A stretch of 64,000 nucleotides of DNA, taken from contig NC_019695.1 in the NCBI RefSeq assembly GCF_000317125.1, positions 358,336 through 422,335 on the forward strand. The letters are read 5' to 3'. Under the pieces are notes generated by a model that worked only from the letters and a program-made list of their open reading frames with translations, made no database searches and was not told where the DNA came from. This DNA comes from Chroococcidiopsis thermalis PCC 7203 (GTDB lineage: Bacteria > Cyanobacteriota > Cyanobacteriia > Cyanobacteriales > Chroococcidiopsidaceae). Positions 44,365 to 53,741 of this stretch are shown here, piece by piece (positions within the stretch are counted from its first letter, which is position 1; each line of letters begins with the position of its first letter). Made by a program: the position numbers and the translations under genes.

Positions 44365-47055
44365 ATGAACACTCAAACCAAACGGCTTTATCGCCAACTG
44401 CTTGTAGCTACCTTATTAATGGGTGGCACTTTTAACATGACTGCACCTGTTTTGGCGCAGGCTGTACCGACTGCACCACTCACGGGTGCGGGAACTGAGA
44501 TCAAAAACAAAGCGACTGCTACTTATGAAGACCCCAGTAACCCTGGTACGATAAATGCAACTTCTAACGAAGTGACTATCACAGTAGCAGAGGTTGCAGG
44601 TATCGCTGTTGTTGGTTCGACACCTGTTGACAGGAACGGTAGTAGTGTCTCCAACGGAGATATTTTAGACTTCGACTTTACAATTACTAACGTCGGTAAC
44701 GATACCACTGCTATCTACATTCCAGGCAAGACAATCCTAAATACAGGAGGTCGTATTGTCGGCGGTCAAATCGGTAGTACAGCTGGAGCCAATAGCGTTT
44801 ATATCGTTAGAATTAACGGCAACACGCTGACAACTCCAGTTGCCGTTCCTGATGCTGGCGTTCAATCAGATAATGCTGCATTTATCCTAGCTATTCAAGG
44901 CGCAGGCTATGCTGCTTTTGATGGCTCGATTGATGTCAACCAAGAGATAGTAGTACGAGTTCCTGTCACAGTGACAGAAACCGTAGCAACTAATCCAATT
45001 AGCGTGCAATTCGGTAACACTGCCGATCCTGGAACGCAGAATCGCCAGAACATCCTATATGCAGCCGATGCCACTACTGATGATGATGTGCGGACTGCTG
45101 ACATATCCGAACCGGCTCCTAGAAATTTAGGTCCTGCAAATGGAGAACGGGAAGCAGCAGCATTCCAATCGATTCCTTTAGGAACGCAGGTCACTACCCG
45201 CGCTCTAGCAACTGTACTCAAGACTCGCTCTCTACATACTCCTAATACTTCAGCGCTCGATGACGACCAGATTCGTTACCGTTTAGACTTGCGCGTTGAA
45301 GGCTCCTATCCCAATGCCTCCTCCTTTGCTGTAGGTAACTTGGAAGGAACGGCTCTGGCTAACGCCATTACGGGTGCAGGCGCTCCTACTGGAGCTGTGA
45401 TTTTAGTTTCTGATGTCATTCCTACAAATACAGTTTTGGATGCTGGCTTCTTACCAACCGCACCTTCAGGCTGGACTGTAGTGTATAGTAATGACGATCC
45501 TGCGGCGGCTAACGCTACAGCCCTCAGTGCCAACTGGACAACCACTGCACCTACAAATCAGGCTCAGGCAGATTTAGTGAAGCGGATTGGTATTGTCCGT
45601 ACTGGCTCAATGACTGCTGGATCTTCTACACTTACCGATACAAATGGCTTCCAGTTCCAGGTAAGGACAGCCACGGGCTTCGCTGGTGGTCAAATCCTCA
45701 ACATTGCTCAAGCCTTCGGTCATACCCAAGGAGATAGCGATCTTAACCGGATTATCTATGATGAGTCCGGCGACCAATTCCCCAATAACTTTGAGGGTAC
45801 GACAACTCCTTACGCTGACGGTGCAGGTGGCTTCGATCCTGCTAATGATGACGGTATAGCTCTTGCTACTTACGGTAGTGACCCCAGCAACCAACCTGTA
45901 AATAACCCACAGAGTAACCTGGGTACGGGTAGTGATGGTGAAGTTAACCTACTTTCCATTGACGCACCTGGTAGCATTTTGACCGGACCTAGAGGAGTTC
46001 CAGGGGCAACAGGTCCAGGAAACTCCAATCAGACTGACTACGTGAACCAGTCAATTTCGCCGCCAGTGGGTAAAGATCCTGCCGTTGCGCTCACAAATGC
46101 AGAAACTCTCGATCTTGTTTTCAATAACACGGTCAGAAACCCCAACTCGCTTGGACTCAACAACGTAGTTCTGAAGCCAATTCCCGCTGAACAAGCCGAT
46201 TACGCAGCAGATAACACGGCTGCTAACCAGCAAGACCCCAATACTGGTTATGGTACGAATGCAACCTTACCAAATGGTACGACTGTCAAGATCGAGTATG
46301 GTGGACAATCAGCCACTTATACATGGAATGGCAGTACCTTTAGCACTACTGATACACCAATTAAAATTACTACGCTCAACGGTCAGGTCAGCCTTGACTA
46401 CACAGTAACAGTAAATCTTGGCGATGGCGCTGCTCAAAATGCTGCATATCCAGTAGCGATCGTGGCATTTGTCGATGAAGATAATAACAATGAGTTTAGC
46501 CGGAATTCAACGACTCCCACGGCTGAAAGTATCTTCAACTTGAAGGTCGATCGAACCTATACGGGTTTCGTGAAGCTGACGAAAGAAGCTCGGATTTTGG
46601 ATGATGCTGGTAATCCAATTACTGTAGATGCAACTGGTGCTGCGATCGCAGATCCTGATGGATTTACAACGAATCCAGCTAGACCTCAACCCGGTTGGAA
46701 GATCGAGTATCGGATTTCCTACGAAAACATCTCGACACCTGCTTCTACTGGTGGTAGCGGTAGCGTTCAATTAAGTGCTAGCAACTTCAAAATCTTTGAA
46801 GATGGTACTGGCGATACGACAAACCCCAGAAATGGTACTTGGGCTGCAACTACAGAACACGTACAGACAAAGGCAGTTGGTACACAGGGAACAGTCAGCT
46901 TCTACAATACGACGATCGATACGATCAATCCTGGTTCTGGCGTACCTGAAGCTTTGACGAATACTGGTTATGTCAACTTTATCGGTAGTTTAGCTCCGAA
47001 TGGTACAGCAGGAACACCACAAGGAAACTTCAAGTTCCAGCGTTTAGTGAAATAG
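44365..47055 (+). CDS. Secreted T/N/G-rich surface protein with DUF11-like (conserved repeat domain) modules
   Basis: Signal peptide (LLVATLLMGGTFNMTAPVLAQA); low-complexity T/N/G/A-rich beta repeats; DUF11-like segments (GDILDFDFTITNVGND). Confidence 0.6.
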   Translation: MNTQTKRLYRQLLVATLLMGGTFNMTAPVLAQAVPTAPLTGAGTEIKNKATATYEDPSNPGTINATSNEVTITVAEVAGIAVVGSTPVDRNGSSVSNGDILDFDFTITNVGNDTTAIYIPGKTILNTGGRIVGGQIGSTAGANSVYIVRINGNTLTTPVAVPDAGVQSDNAAFILAIQGAGYAAFDGSIDVNQEIVVRVPVTVTETVATNPISVQFGNTADPGTQNRQNILYAADATTDDDVRTADISEPAPRNLGPANGEREAAAFQSIPLGTQVTTRALATVLKTRSLHTPNTSALDDDQIRYRLDLRVEGSYPNASSFAVGNLEGTALANAITGAGAPTGAVILVSDVIPTNTVLDAGFLPTAPSGWTVVYSNDDPAAANATALSANWTTTAPTNQAQADLVKRIGIVRTGSMTAGSSTLTDTNGFQFQVRTATGFAGGQILNIAQAFGHTQGDSDLNRIIYDESGDQFPNNFEGTTTPYADGAGGFDPANDDGIALATYGSDPSNQPVNNPQSNLGTGSDGEVNLLSIDAPGSILTGPRGVPGATGPGNSNQTDYVNQSISPPVGKDPAVALTNAETLDLVFNNTVRNPNSLGLNNVVLKPIPAEQADYAADNTAANQQDPNTGYGTNATLPNGTTVKIEYGGQSATYTWNGSTFSTTDTPIKITTLNGQVSLDYTVTVNLGDGAAQNAAYPVAIVAFVDEDNNNEFSRNSTTPTAESIFNLKVDRTYTGFVKLTKEARILDDAGNPITVDATGAAIADPDGFTTNPARPQPGWKIEYRISYENISTPASTGGSGSVQLSASNFKIFEDGTGDTTNPRNGTWAATTEHVQTKAVGTQGTVSFYNTTIDTINPGSGVPEALTNTGYVNFIGSLAPNGTAGTPQGNFKFQRLVK

Positions 47056-47067
47056 CTGGAGCGAATA

Positions 47068-47104
47068 GAATTCGCGACTACGATTGTGTAGTCGCGAATT
47101 TTAG
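47068..47104 (+). terminator. Rho-independent terminator
   Basis: GAATTCGCGACTAC-gattgt-GTAGTCGCGAATT followed by TTTT. Confidence 0.75.
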
Positions 47105-47200
47105 GCTCAAGTGCTTTGCAATATTCCTACCTCTCTGTTACATCCGTGCCTTGAATGGGCAAATTAATGGATGGATTTGAATCATCAGGAGACTGTCACA

Positions 47201-47758
47201 ATGAAACATTTGTCAATGTTTGGCGTAGCTGTCGCCGTATTATTATCTGCACCTCTAGGCGATCGCATCGTTAGCGCCCAACAACAGCCAAAAGCAACAG
47301 TTCAAAACATTCAATCTCAACGCCCCGTACAGTTAAATCTGATGGCAGAAAAGAAAGTCATGCAGAAAGACGCGCAGGGCAAGCCAAAAGCAACTTGGCA
47401 AGCAATGCGGGGAAAAGTTACAGTTTTTCCAGGGGATGTGATTCGCTATACCGTGCGCGGTGCTAACAGTGGCGATCGCCCAGTCAAAAATCTCGTCTTA
47501 ACTCAACCAATTCCCAAGCAGACGACATATATTTTGAATTCTGTTACGATTAACCATCCTGGGGTTGCGGTTACGTACAGTATTGATAATGGCAAGAGTT
47601 TTGTCGAAAAACCAACTGTAAAAGTCAAATTAGCTGACGGTAAGGTTAAAACCGAGCCAGCACCAGCAGAACTCTACACTCACATTCGCTGGAAATTTGA
47701 CAAAGCAGTTGATTCTAGCCAGTTGGTTGGTGCAGCTTATCAAGTCAAGGTGAAATAA
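47201..47758 (+). CDS. Small secreted DUF11-domain protein (candidate fibre/pilin-like subunit)
   Basis: Signal peptide (MKHLSMFGVAVAVLLSAPLG) and a single DUF11-like core (GDVIRYTVRGANSGDRPVKNLVLTQPIPKQTTYI). Confidence 0.55.
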   Translation: MKHLSMFGVAVAVLLSAPLGDRIVSAQQQPKATVQNIQSQRPVQLNLMAEKKVMQKDAQGKPKATWQAMRGKVTVFPGDVIRYTVRGANSGDRPVKNLVLTQPIPKQTTYILNSVTINHPGVAVTYSIDNGKSFVEKPTVKVKLADGKVKTEPAPAELYTHIRWKFDKAVDSSQLVGAAYQVKVK

Positions 47759-47912
47759 ATTCGGAATTCGGAATTCGGAATTCCGAATTTTTACATGAGC
47801 GTCGATCCCCCTAAATCCCCCTTTTTAAGGGGGACTTGGAAAGGTTGAACCACCCTTTTTAAGGGGGACTTGGAAAGGTTGAACCCCCCTTAAAAGGGGG
47901 GCAGGGGGGATC
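47757..47912. repeat. (GGAATTC)4 array followed by a tandem-duplicated GATCCCCC...GGGGGATC palindromic element
   Basis: Visible. CCCTTTTTAAGGGGGACTTGGAAAGGTTGAAC occurs twice. Confidence 0.8.
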
Positions 47913-48015
47913 TAAAAGCTCTACTAGGTCAAAACAATACTGCTCAAATCTCTTCTTAAATAATAGCGATCGCCATTGCACAATTGACCTAAATCAACAT
48001 CGGCTTGTCCTCCAA

Positions 48016-49578
48016 TTGCGGACAAATAAAATAATTATCCAAACGCAGATGCAACCTCCGAACCGATTTTTGAATTATTGGTTGCGACCAATAGCAACAG
48101 CTCTTTTAGCTGGAGCTGTCTCACAAACTTTACTAACTGGTCTAATTCAAGTAGGGGTAGCAATTGAAATCACTAATCAAGCAACTTATAGTTATGAGTT
48201 TAATAACGATAAATCAGAGATTAAACAATCAATCCAAACGACAACAAATAAACTTTCTACCTCAGTAGTCACCACAGATTTAATAGATCCTTTAGGAAAA
48301 ATCACAGGCTGTACTGGTGAAACTTTGCCTGATTATACAGGATTTAGTATTGGTTTGTACGAGCCAAATTCTCAAGATGCAACAACAACAGAAATTGCCG
48401 AACCTGTATCTCTCACTCGTACAGAATCACCAGATATTGCTAACAATAATATTCCCAGAGGATTAGAGCCAAATACAGAAAATAGCAATCCTTTTTTCCT
48501 CACCAATGGCAAAGAAGGAACTTATAATTTCCTTCTCGATCCTCAGCGGGGTCAGTTGGATCGCGGTAAAACTTATATTTTATTAATTCATCCCCCCGAT
48601 AAATCAATTTATGACGAGCGCCGCATCAAGCTCACAATTGGAGAACGGGACGATAGAGTTGTTGCTTATACCGCTACCTCTTTAGACGGCAAACCAATTA
48701 GTGCTACTGACAATCGCACGTCTATTAACGGAACGATTGACATTGAAAATGCCGAACGAATTGGATTAGTCTTAGCCGTTTTGGATTTGGATACAAGCGT
48801 TTGTCAAGCTCAAGAAGTACAAGTTGTCAAAACAGGCGATCGCGCTACAGCCGAACCTGGAGATACAGTTATCTATCGTCTCTCAGTCAAAAATCTCAGC
48901 AGCAGCCCGCTGAAAAATATCGTCGTCACCGATACCTTACCTCTAGGTTTTACCTTTATACCTAAATCCGTGCGGGCAGAGTTGGGCAAATCTCCAGTTG
49001 CGATCGCCTCTAGTCACGATGGCAGAACGATCTCTTTACGTGCAGAAGGAATAGAACTACCAAGTAACGCCACCAACGAGCAAGTTCTGAATATAGCTTA
49101 TGCCGCAGTCCTCACGGCTGACGCAGTTCGCGGCACGGGTGAAAACCTGGCAAACGTGACCGGACAGCGCATTGATAACAACCAAACAGTCAAAGATGGT
49201 CCCGCCGTTCACAGATTACGGATTAATCCAGGCATTTTGTCAGATTGCGGCACGCTGATCGGACGAGTATTCGTAGATAAAAACTTTGATGGCGAACAGC
49301 AACCAGGAGAACCAGGAGTTCCCAATGCGGTGATTTTCATGGATGACGGCAACCGCATTACTACCGATATTCAAGGACTATTTTCTGTTGCCAATGTCAT
49401 TTCTGGTTATCGCACGGGAGTTTTAGATTTCAGTAGCGTACCTGGCTACACCTTGGCTCCCAACCGCCGTTTTATCGAACGCAACAGTCAATCTCGTTTA
49501 GTGCATTTAGAACCTGGTGGAATGGCGCGGATGAATTTTGCTGTGACTCCGATCGCGAAGGAGGCAAAACCTAAATGA
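48016..49578 (+). CDS. Secreted protein with a C-terminal DUF11-like domain
   Basis: N-terminal TM/signal segment. VVKTGDRATAEPGDTVIYRLSVKNLSSSPLKNIVVTDTLPLGFTFI is a DUF11-like core. ATGA overlap with the next gene. Confidence 0.55.
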   Translation: MRTNKIIIQTQMQPPNRFLNYWLRPIATALLAGAVSQTLLTGLIQVGVAIEITNQATYSYEFNNDKSEIKQSIQTTTNKLSTSVVTTDLIDPLGKITGCTGETLPDYTGFSIGLYEPNSQDATTTEIAEPVSLTRTESPDIANNNIPRGLEPNTENSNPFFLTNGKEGTYNFLLDPQRGQLDRGKTYILLIHPPDKSIYDERRIKLTIGERDDRVVAYTATSLDGKPISATDNRTSINGTIDIENAERIGLVLAVLDLDTSVCQAQEVQVVKTGDRATAEPGDTVIYRLSVKNLSSSPLKNIVVTDTLPLGFTFIPKSVRAELGKSPVAIASSHDGRTISLRAEGIELPSNATNEQVLNIAYAAVLTADAVRGTGENLANVTGQRIDNNQTVKDGPAVHRLRINPGILSDCGTLIGRVFVDKNFDGEQQPGEPGVPNAVIFMDDGNRITTDIQGLFSVANVISGYRTGVLDFSSVPGYTLAPNRRFIERNSQSRLVHLEPGGMARMNFAVTPIAKEAKPK

Positions 49579-52500
49579 AGTGGAGAACGCGATTTTTCAA
49601 TGCCTTCCTAGTAATTACTACAGTGAATGCGATCGGTTTGTTGATTCTGCCTAAAACTGCTAGAACAGAACCACTACAAACTCAAACAGAATTTGGTACT
49701 TACGTAGCAGCATTACCAATCGAATTGAGACAAGTACAGCGATCGGTGACAGAAAAGCGCTGGCACGATTATATTGTGGCATTACTTGCCCAACCTAAGA
49801 CATCTGTACCTGTAGAGAATACGCAGGAATTCGGCACTTACGTAGCAGCGTTACCGATTGAAGCCGTTGCAACACCACCCTCAGAAACAGATCAACAGTT
49901 GCAACAACTGCTGGTGGCGTTCCTCGCTGCACCAGGGACAACAACAGTAGCTACGCCAGATTTCGGGAACGACACAGTTGCATTACCGATCGCCTTAAAT
50001 CGAGAACAGACAGTTACGGATTTTCCTGAAGCTGAAGTTGCATTACTCTCTTTGCCAGCAGCATCAGATGTCATCGAAAATACTCACACTTCACCTCAGG
50101 ACGTACCATCAGGAGCGATCGAACAAAATACAAATATCCCATCCCAGAGCGTACCGCAATCTGAAGCAGAGCAAAAGTATGCTAACTACTTGGTTGCTTT
50201 ACGGGAACAAAACCAGTCACCAAACTCGGAAAATATCGATTCCCAGACAACTTCCACTCCAAGCCCAAATGACCTAAAATTTCTTTCGCCGCGATCGAGC
50301 CAAGTCTTGGATGTGCCAGCTACTACGGTAACTGTGCAGTCTCCCGCAAATATTCCTGTTGAACTGTCAGTAAATGGTGAACTAGTCGATACATCTTTAA
50401 TTGGTGGTACAGAAACAAACAACACGGCGAATTCCGTGACGCAGACATGGTATGGCGTGCCACTCCAGCAGGGAGAGAATCACCTCACACTTAAAATTAA
50501 GACTGGCGATCGCGCTGGAGAATCAACGACAGTTAAAGTATACGTGCGCGGTAATACTAAACAAATCACCGTCCAAACGCAAGAATCGCGAATTCCCGCC
50601 GATGGACGTTCGACGGCAACGATTGAAGGGCAGCTACTCGATGACAAAGGCAATCGCACCAACGAAGATGCGATCGTCACTCTTGATGCTAGTGCTGGGG
50701 AGTTTGTCGGTAAGGATGCTAAGCCCGATATCCCAGGATTTCAAGTCCTGGCACGCAAAGGACAATACTCGGCTGAACTGCGATCGGGACTACAAGCGCA
50801 AACAGTCAGAATTCGCGCTGAAGCTTTTCAGCTAGAAGCATATACCCAATTTCAATTTGAAACGAATCTGCGCTCTAGTCTAGTTACGGGTGTTGTTGAC
50901 TTGCGTTTAGGTGCGAGAGGCACTGATTTTTACAAGAGTTTTCGCGACTTTTTGCCCCCCGATGAAGACAACCGCACCGAACTGAGTTTTCATACAGCAG
51001 TTTTTGCCACAGGTAAAATTGGCGAATGGTTGTTTACAGGAGCATATAACAGCGATCGCACCCTGAATCAAAAATGCGACGGCACTTCGGGTTTGTTTCG
51101 AGATTACCAAGTCTGCGATCGCAACTATCCCGTTTACGGCGATAGTTCTAAAGTCGAGGCTGTCACCCCTTCTCAAGATAGTTTATATCTGCGCTTTGAG
51201 CGATCGGCATCCATTCCTGGCGCTGAGCCTGACTATGTGATGTGGGGTGACTACGATACAAAAGAGTTTGCTCGCTCCTCACAAGAATATACTGCGACTT
51301 CTCGTAACCTCCACGGATTCAAAGCAAATTATAATCTAGGAGATTTTCAACTTTCAGTATTCTATGGCGATAACGTTGAAGGTTTTCAACGCGACACGAT
51401 CCCGCCTGATGGTACGAGCGGTTATTATTTCCTCTCGCGACGCTTGCTTATACCTGGAAGTGAAAACATCTCGATTGAAGTCGAAGAACTCAATCGCCCA
51501 GGTACGGTATTGTCACGTCAACAACTGGTTCGGGGTACGGACTACGACATCGACTACGATCGCGGCACGTTGTTATTTCGCGAACCAATTTTCCGCACGG
51601 CTGTAGATGAAAACGGACAAGTTTTGGTGCGGCGAATCGTTGCCACCTATCAGTATGAGAGCCAAGAAAAGGACAATCGCATCTACGGTGGTAGAGTTCA
51701 GTACAACATCTCGCGACAACTTGAGAATGAAAGTTGGCTCGGTGCAACATATTTAAAAGAAGAACGCGGCATTCGCGACTTTGAACTTTACGGTGCAGAC
51801 GCGCAAATTGCGATAAGTGACAAGATACATTTGATTGCCGAATACGCTCACTCTCAAAATGATTCAGAAATGATGGGAGAAGTCAGCGGTTCGGCTTATC
51901 GGTTAGAGGCTGAGGGAGAGATTGCCAAAGGGATTCAAGGTCGAGCTTATTGGCGCTCTACCGATACAGGTTTTAGTAACAACGCGACAACTAGCTTTGT
52001 CCCAGGACAAACTCGTTATGGAGCGCAGGTTACAGGACAGGTCGCTGCAAAAACTAATGTTCGGTTGCAGTACGACCATGAAGACAATCGCGGCATAGCA
52101 CCTCAACCGTTAGATAATTTTACCGATTTATTTTCACCCCGTTCGGAGGCGATTCCAGGTAGTAAGGTTGACAACTCGCTGACAACGATTACAGCCGGAG
52201 TACAGCAGCAGATTGGTAAAGCCGACCTCACATTAGATTGGGTACATCGGCATCGAGAAGACCGGATCGAACCGAATGCTTTGAGCGGTACTTCAGACCA
52301 ATTGCGATCGCGTCTCAAGTTACCTTTAACTGAAACTCTCACTTTTTTAGCCCAAAACGAACTGACCATTTCTAATGAAGAGGATGCTGTTTATCCAGAC
52401 CGAACGATTGTAGGTTTAGATTGGAAAGTTGCACAAGATTTGAGTATTCGCTTATCGCAACAGTTTTACAGTGGCAGTCAGAATGATGGTAACTCGATTA

Positions 52501-53741
52501 CCAGTCTCGATTTTATTGGCGAACGCAAATTCGGTACGGATACCACTGTCAACGGGCGTTACTCCATTTTAAATGGAGGTGACGGGATGACAACACAGGG
52601 TGCGATCGGGATAAAACAAGGTCTGACCATTGCCCCTGGGTTAAAGCTGGACTTGGGATACGAGCATGTATTTGGTAGTTTCTTCAATCGGACTGGAGCA
52701 GGTAAGCAGTTCGTGCAACCTTTTACAGCGGGACAAAGTGCCTCTTCAATTGGCGTTGACTCCGGCGATAACTACCATATTGGCTTAGCATACACGCCTA
52801 GCGACGATTTCAAAGCTAGCGCTCGTTACGAACATCGGAATTCTTCTGGTGGTTCTAATACAGTTATTTCTGCAAATGTAACCGGAAAAATTTCTCCCGC
52901 GCTAACGGGTTTGGTTAACTATCAACAGGCGAATGCTTCTAACCAAAGACTCTCAGGGTTGGGAGATACGGCTCACTTAAAAGTGGGTCTAGCATATCGC
53001 GACCCGAATAACGATAAATTTAATGCTTTGTTACGTTATGAATATCGCAAGAATCCTTCTACAATTCCCGATACGATTTTACTCGGCAGCGGTACGGGTT
53101 CCAAAGACCATACTTTTGCTCTAGAAACTATTTATGCTCCTAACTGGCGATGGGAACTTTACGGCAAGTATGCGATTCGCCACAGTACCTCTTACTTAGC
53201 AGCAGATTTAGTTAATTCCAGTACGATTAATTTGGGACAATTACGAGCGACTTATCGCTTGAACGACAAAATCGATTTGGTCGGTGAAGCTCGCTGGATT
53301 AATCAACCTTCAGAAGATCGCAGCGAGACGGGTTTTGTTGCTGAAGCAGGCTACTACCTGACACCAAATCTGCGGTTATCGGCAGGATATGCTTTTGGTC
53401 AGGTGAATGATGACGATTTTAGCGGCTCTCGTTCTGCTGGTGGGGCTTATTTTGGTTTAACCGTGAAATTGAACGAATTGTTTGATGGTTTTGGGTTGCA
53501 AAAACCCGTTCCTGCATCGAAGAAAGCACAGGAGCAGGGGAGCAGGGGAGCAAGGGGGCAAGCGACCCCCCTAACTGAGCTTAAAAAGGAGGGCGAAAGT
53601 CGTTCGATTCCGCCTCAAGCAAATCCAAAGGCGATCGCTCCTAATACTCTTCCAGAAAGTAAGGAGGAAACAACTCAGGTTCAGTCATATTTAGACAGAG
53701 AAATAAATTCAACTTCGTTAGAATCTATCGCAAGGGAATAG
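49575..53741 (+). CDS. Giant outer-membrane protein: N-terminal (EFGTYVAALPIE)-type repeats, Big_1 Ig-like domain, ~900-aa predicted beta-barrel
   Basis: Signal peptide. Three copies of a QTEFGTYVAALPIE-like motif. An invasin/intimin-type Ig-like segment (TVQTQESRIPADGRSTATIEGQLLDDKGNRTNEDAIVTLDASAGEF). Then a long stretch of alternating hydrophobic residues with a C-terminal aromatic signature (GGAYFGLTVKLNELF), characteristic of OM beta-barrels. Confidence 0.5.
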   Translation: MKWRTRFFNAFLVITTVNAIGLLILPKTARTEPLQTQTEFGTYVAALPIELRQVQRSVTEKRWHDYIVALLAQPKTSVPVENTQEFGTYVAALPIEAVATPPSETDQQLQQLLVAFLAAPGTTTVATPDFGNDTVALPIALNREQTVTDFPEAEVALLSLPAASDVIENTHTSPQDVPSGAIEQNTNIPSQSVPQSEAEQKYANYLVALREQNQSPNSENIDSQTTSTPSPNDLKFLSPRSSQVLDVPATTVTVQSPANIPVELSVNGELVDTSLIGGTETNNTANSVTQTWYGVPLQQGENHLTLKIKTGDRAGESTTVKVYVRGNTKQITVQTQESRIPADGRSTATIEGQLLDDKGNRTNEDAIVTLDASAGEFVGKDAKPDIPGFQVLARKGQYSAELRSGLQAQTVRIRAEAFQLEAYTQFQFETNLRSSLVTGVVDLRLGARGTDFYKSFRDFLPPDEDNRTELSFHTAVFATGKIGEWLFTGAYNSDRTLNQKCDGTSGLFRDYQVCDRNYPVYGDSSKVEAVTPSQDSLYLRFERSASIPGAEPDYVMWGDYDTKEFARSSQEYTATSRNLHGFKANYNLGDFQLSVFYGDNVEGFQRDTIPPDGTSGYYFLSRRLLIPGSENISIEVEELNRPGTVLSRQQLVRGTDYDIDYDRGTLLFREPIFRTAVDENGQVLVRRIVATYQYESQEKDNRIYGGRVQYNISRQLENESWLGATYLKEERGIRDFELYGADAQIAISDKIHLIAEYAHSQNDSEMMGEVSGSAYRLEAEGEIAKGIQGRAYWRSTDTGFSNNATTSFVPGQTRYGAQVTGQVAAKTNVRLQYDHEDNRGIAPQPLDNFTDLFSPRSEAIPGSKVDNSLTTITAGVQQQIGKADLTLDWVHRHREDRIEPNALSGTSDQLRSRLKLPLTETLTFLAQNELTISNEEDAVYPDRTIVGLDWKVAQDLSIRLSQQFYSGSQNDGNSITSLDFIGERKFGTDTTVNGRYSILNGGDGMTTQGAIGIKQGLTIAPGLKLDLGYEHVFGSFFNRTGAGKQFVQPFTAGQSASSIGVDSGDNYHIGLAYTPSDDFKASARYEHRNSSGGSNTVISANVTGKISPALTGLVNYQQANASNQRLSGLGDTAHLKVGLAYRDPNNDKFNALLRYEYRKNPSTIPDTILLGSGTGSKDHTFALETIYAPNWRWELYGKYAIRHSTSYLAADLVNSSTINLGQLRATYRLNDKIDLVGEARWINQPSEDRSETGFVAEAGYYLTPNLRLSAGYAFGQVNDDDFSGSRSAGGAYFGLTVKLNELFDGFGLQKPVPASKKAQEQGSRGARGQATPLTELKKEGESRSIPPQANPKAIAPNTLPESKEETTQVQSYLDREINSTSLESIARE

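Noticed and set aside
44523-46770. Several 60-100-aa minus-strand ORFs inside the 44365-47055 giant gene, and similar ones inside 49575-62410
   Set aside because: These are antisense artefacts of long GC-balanced repeat-rich coding regions. The plus-strand frames are continuous over kilobases and carry signal peptides.
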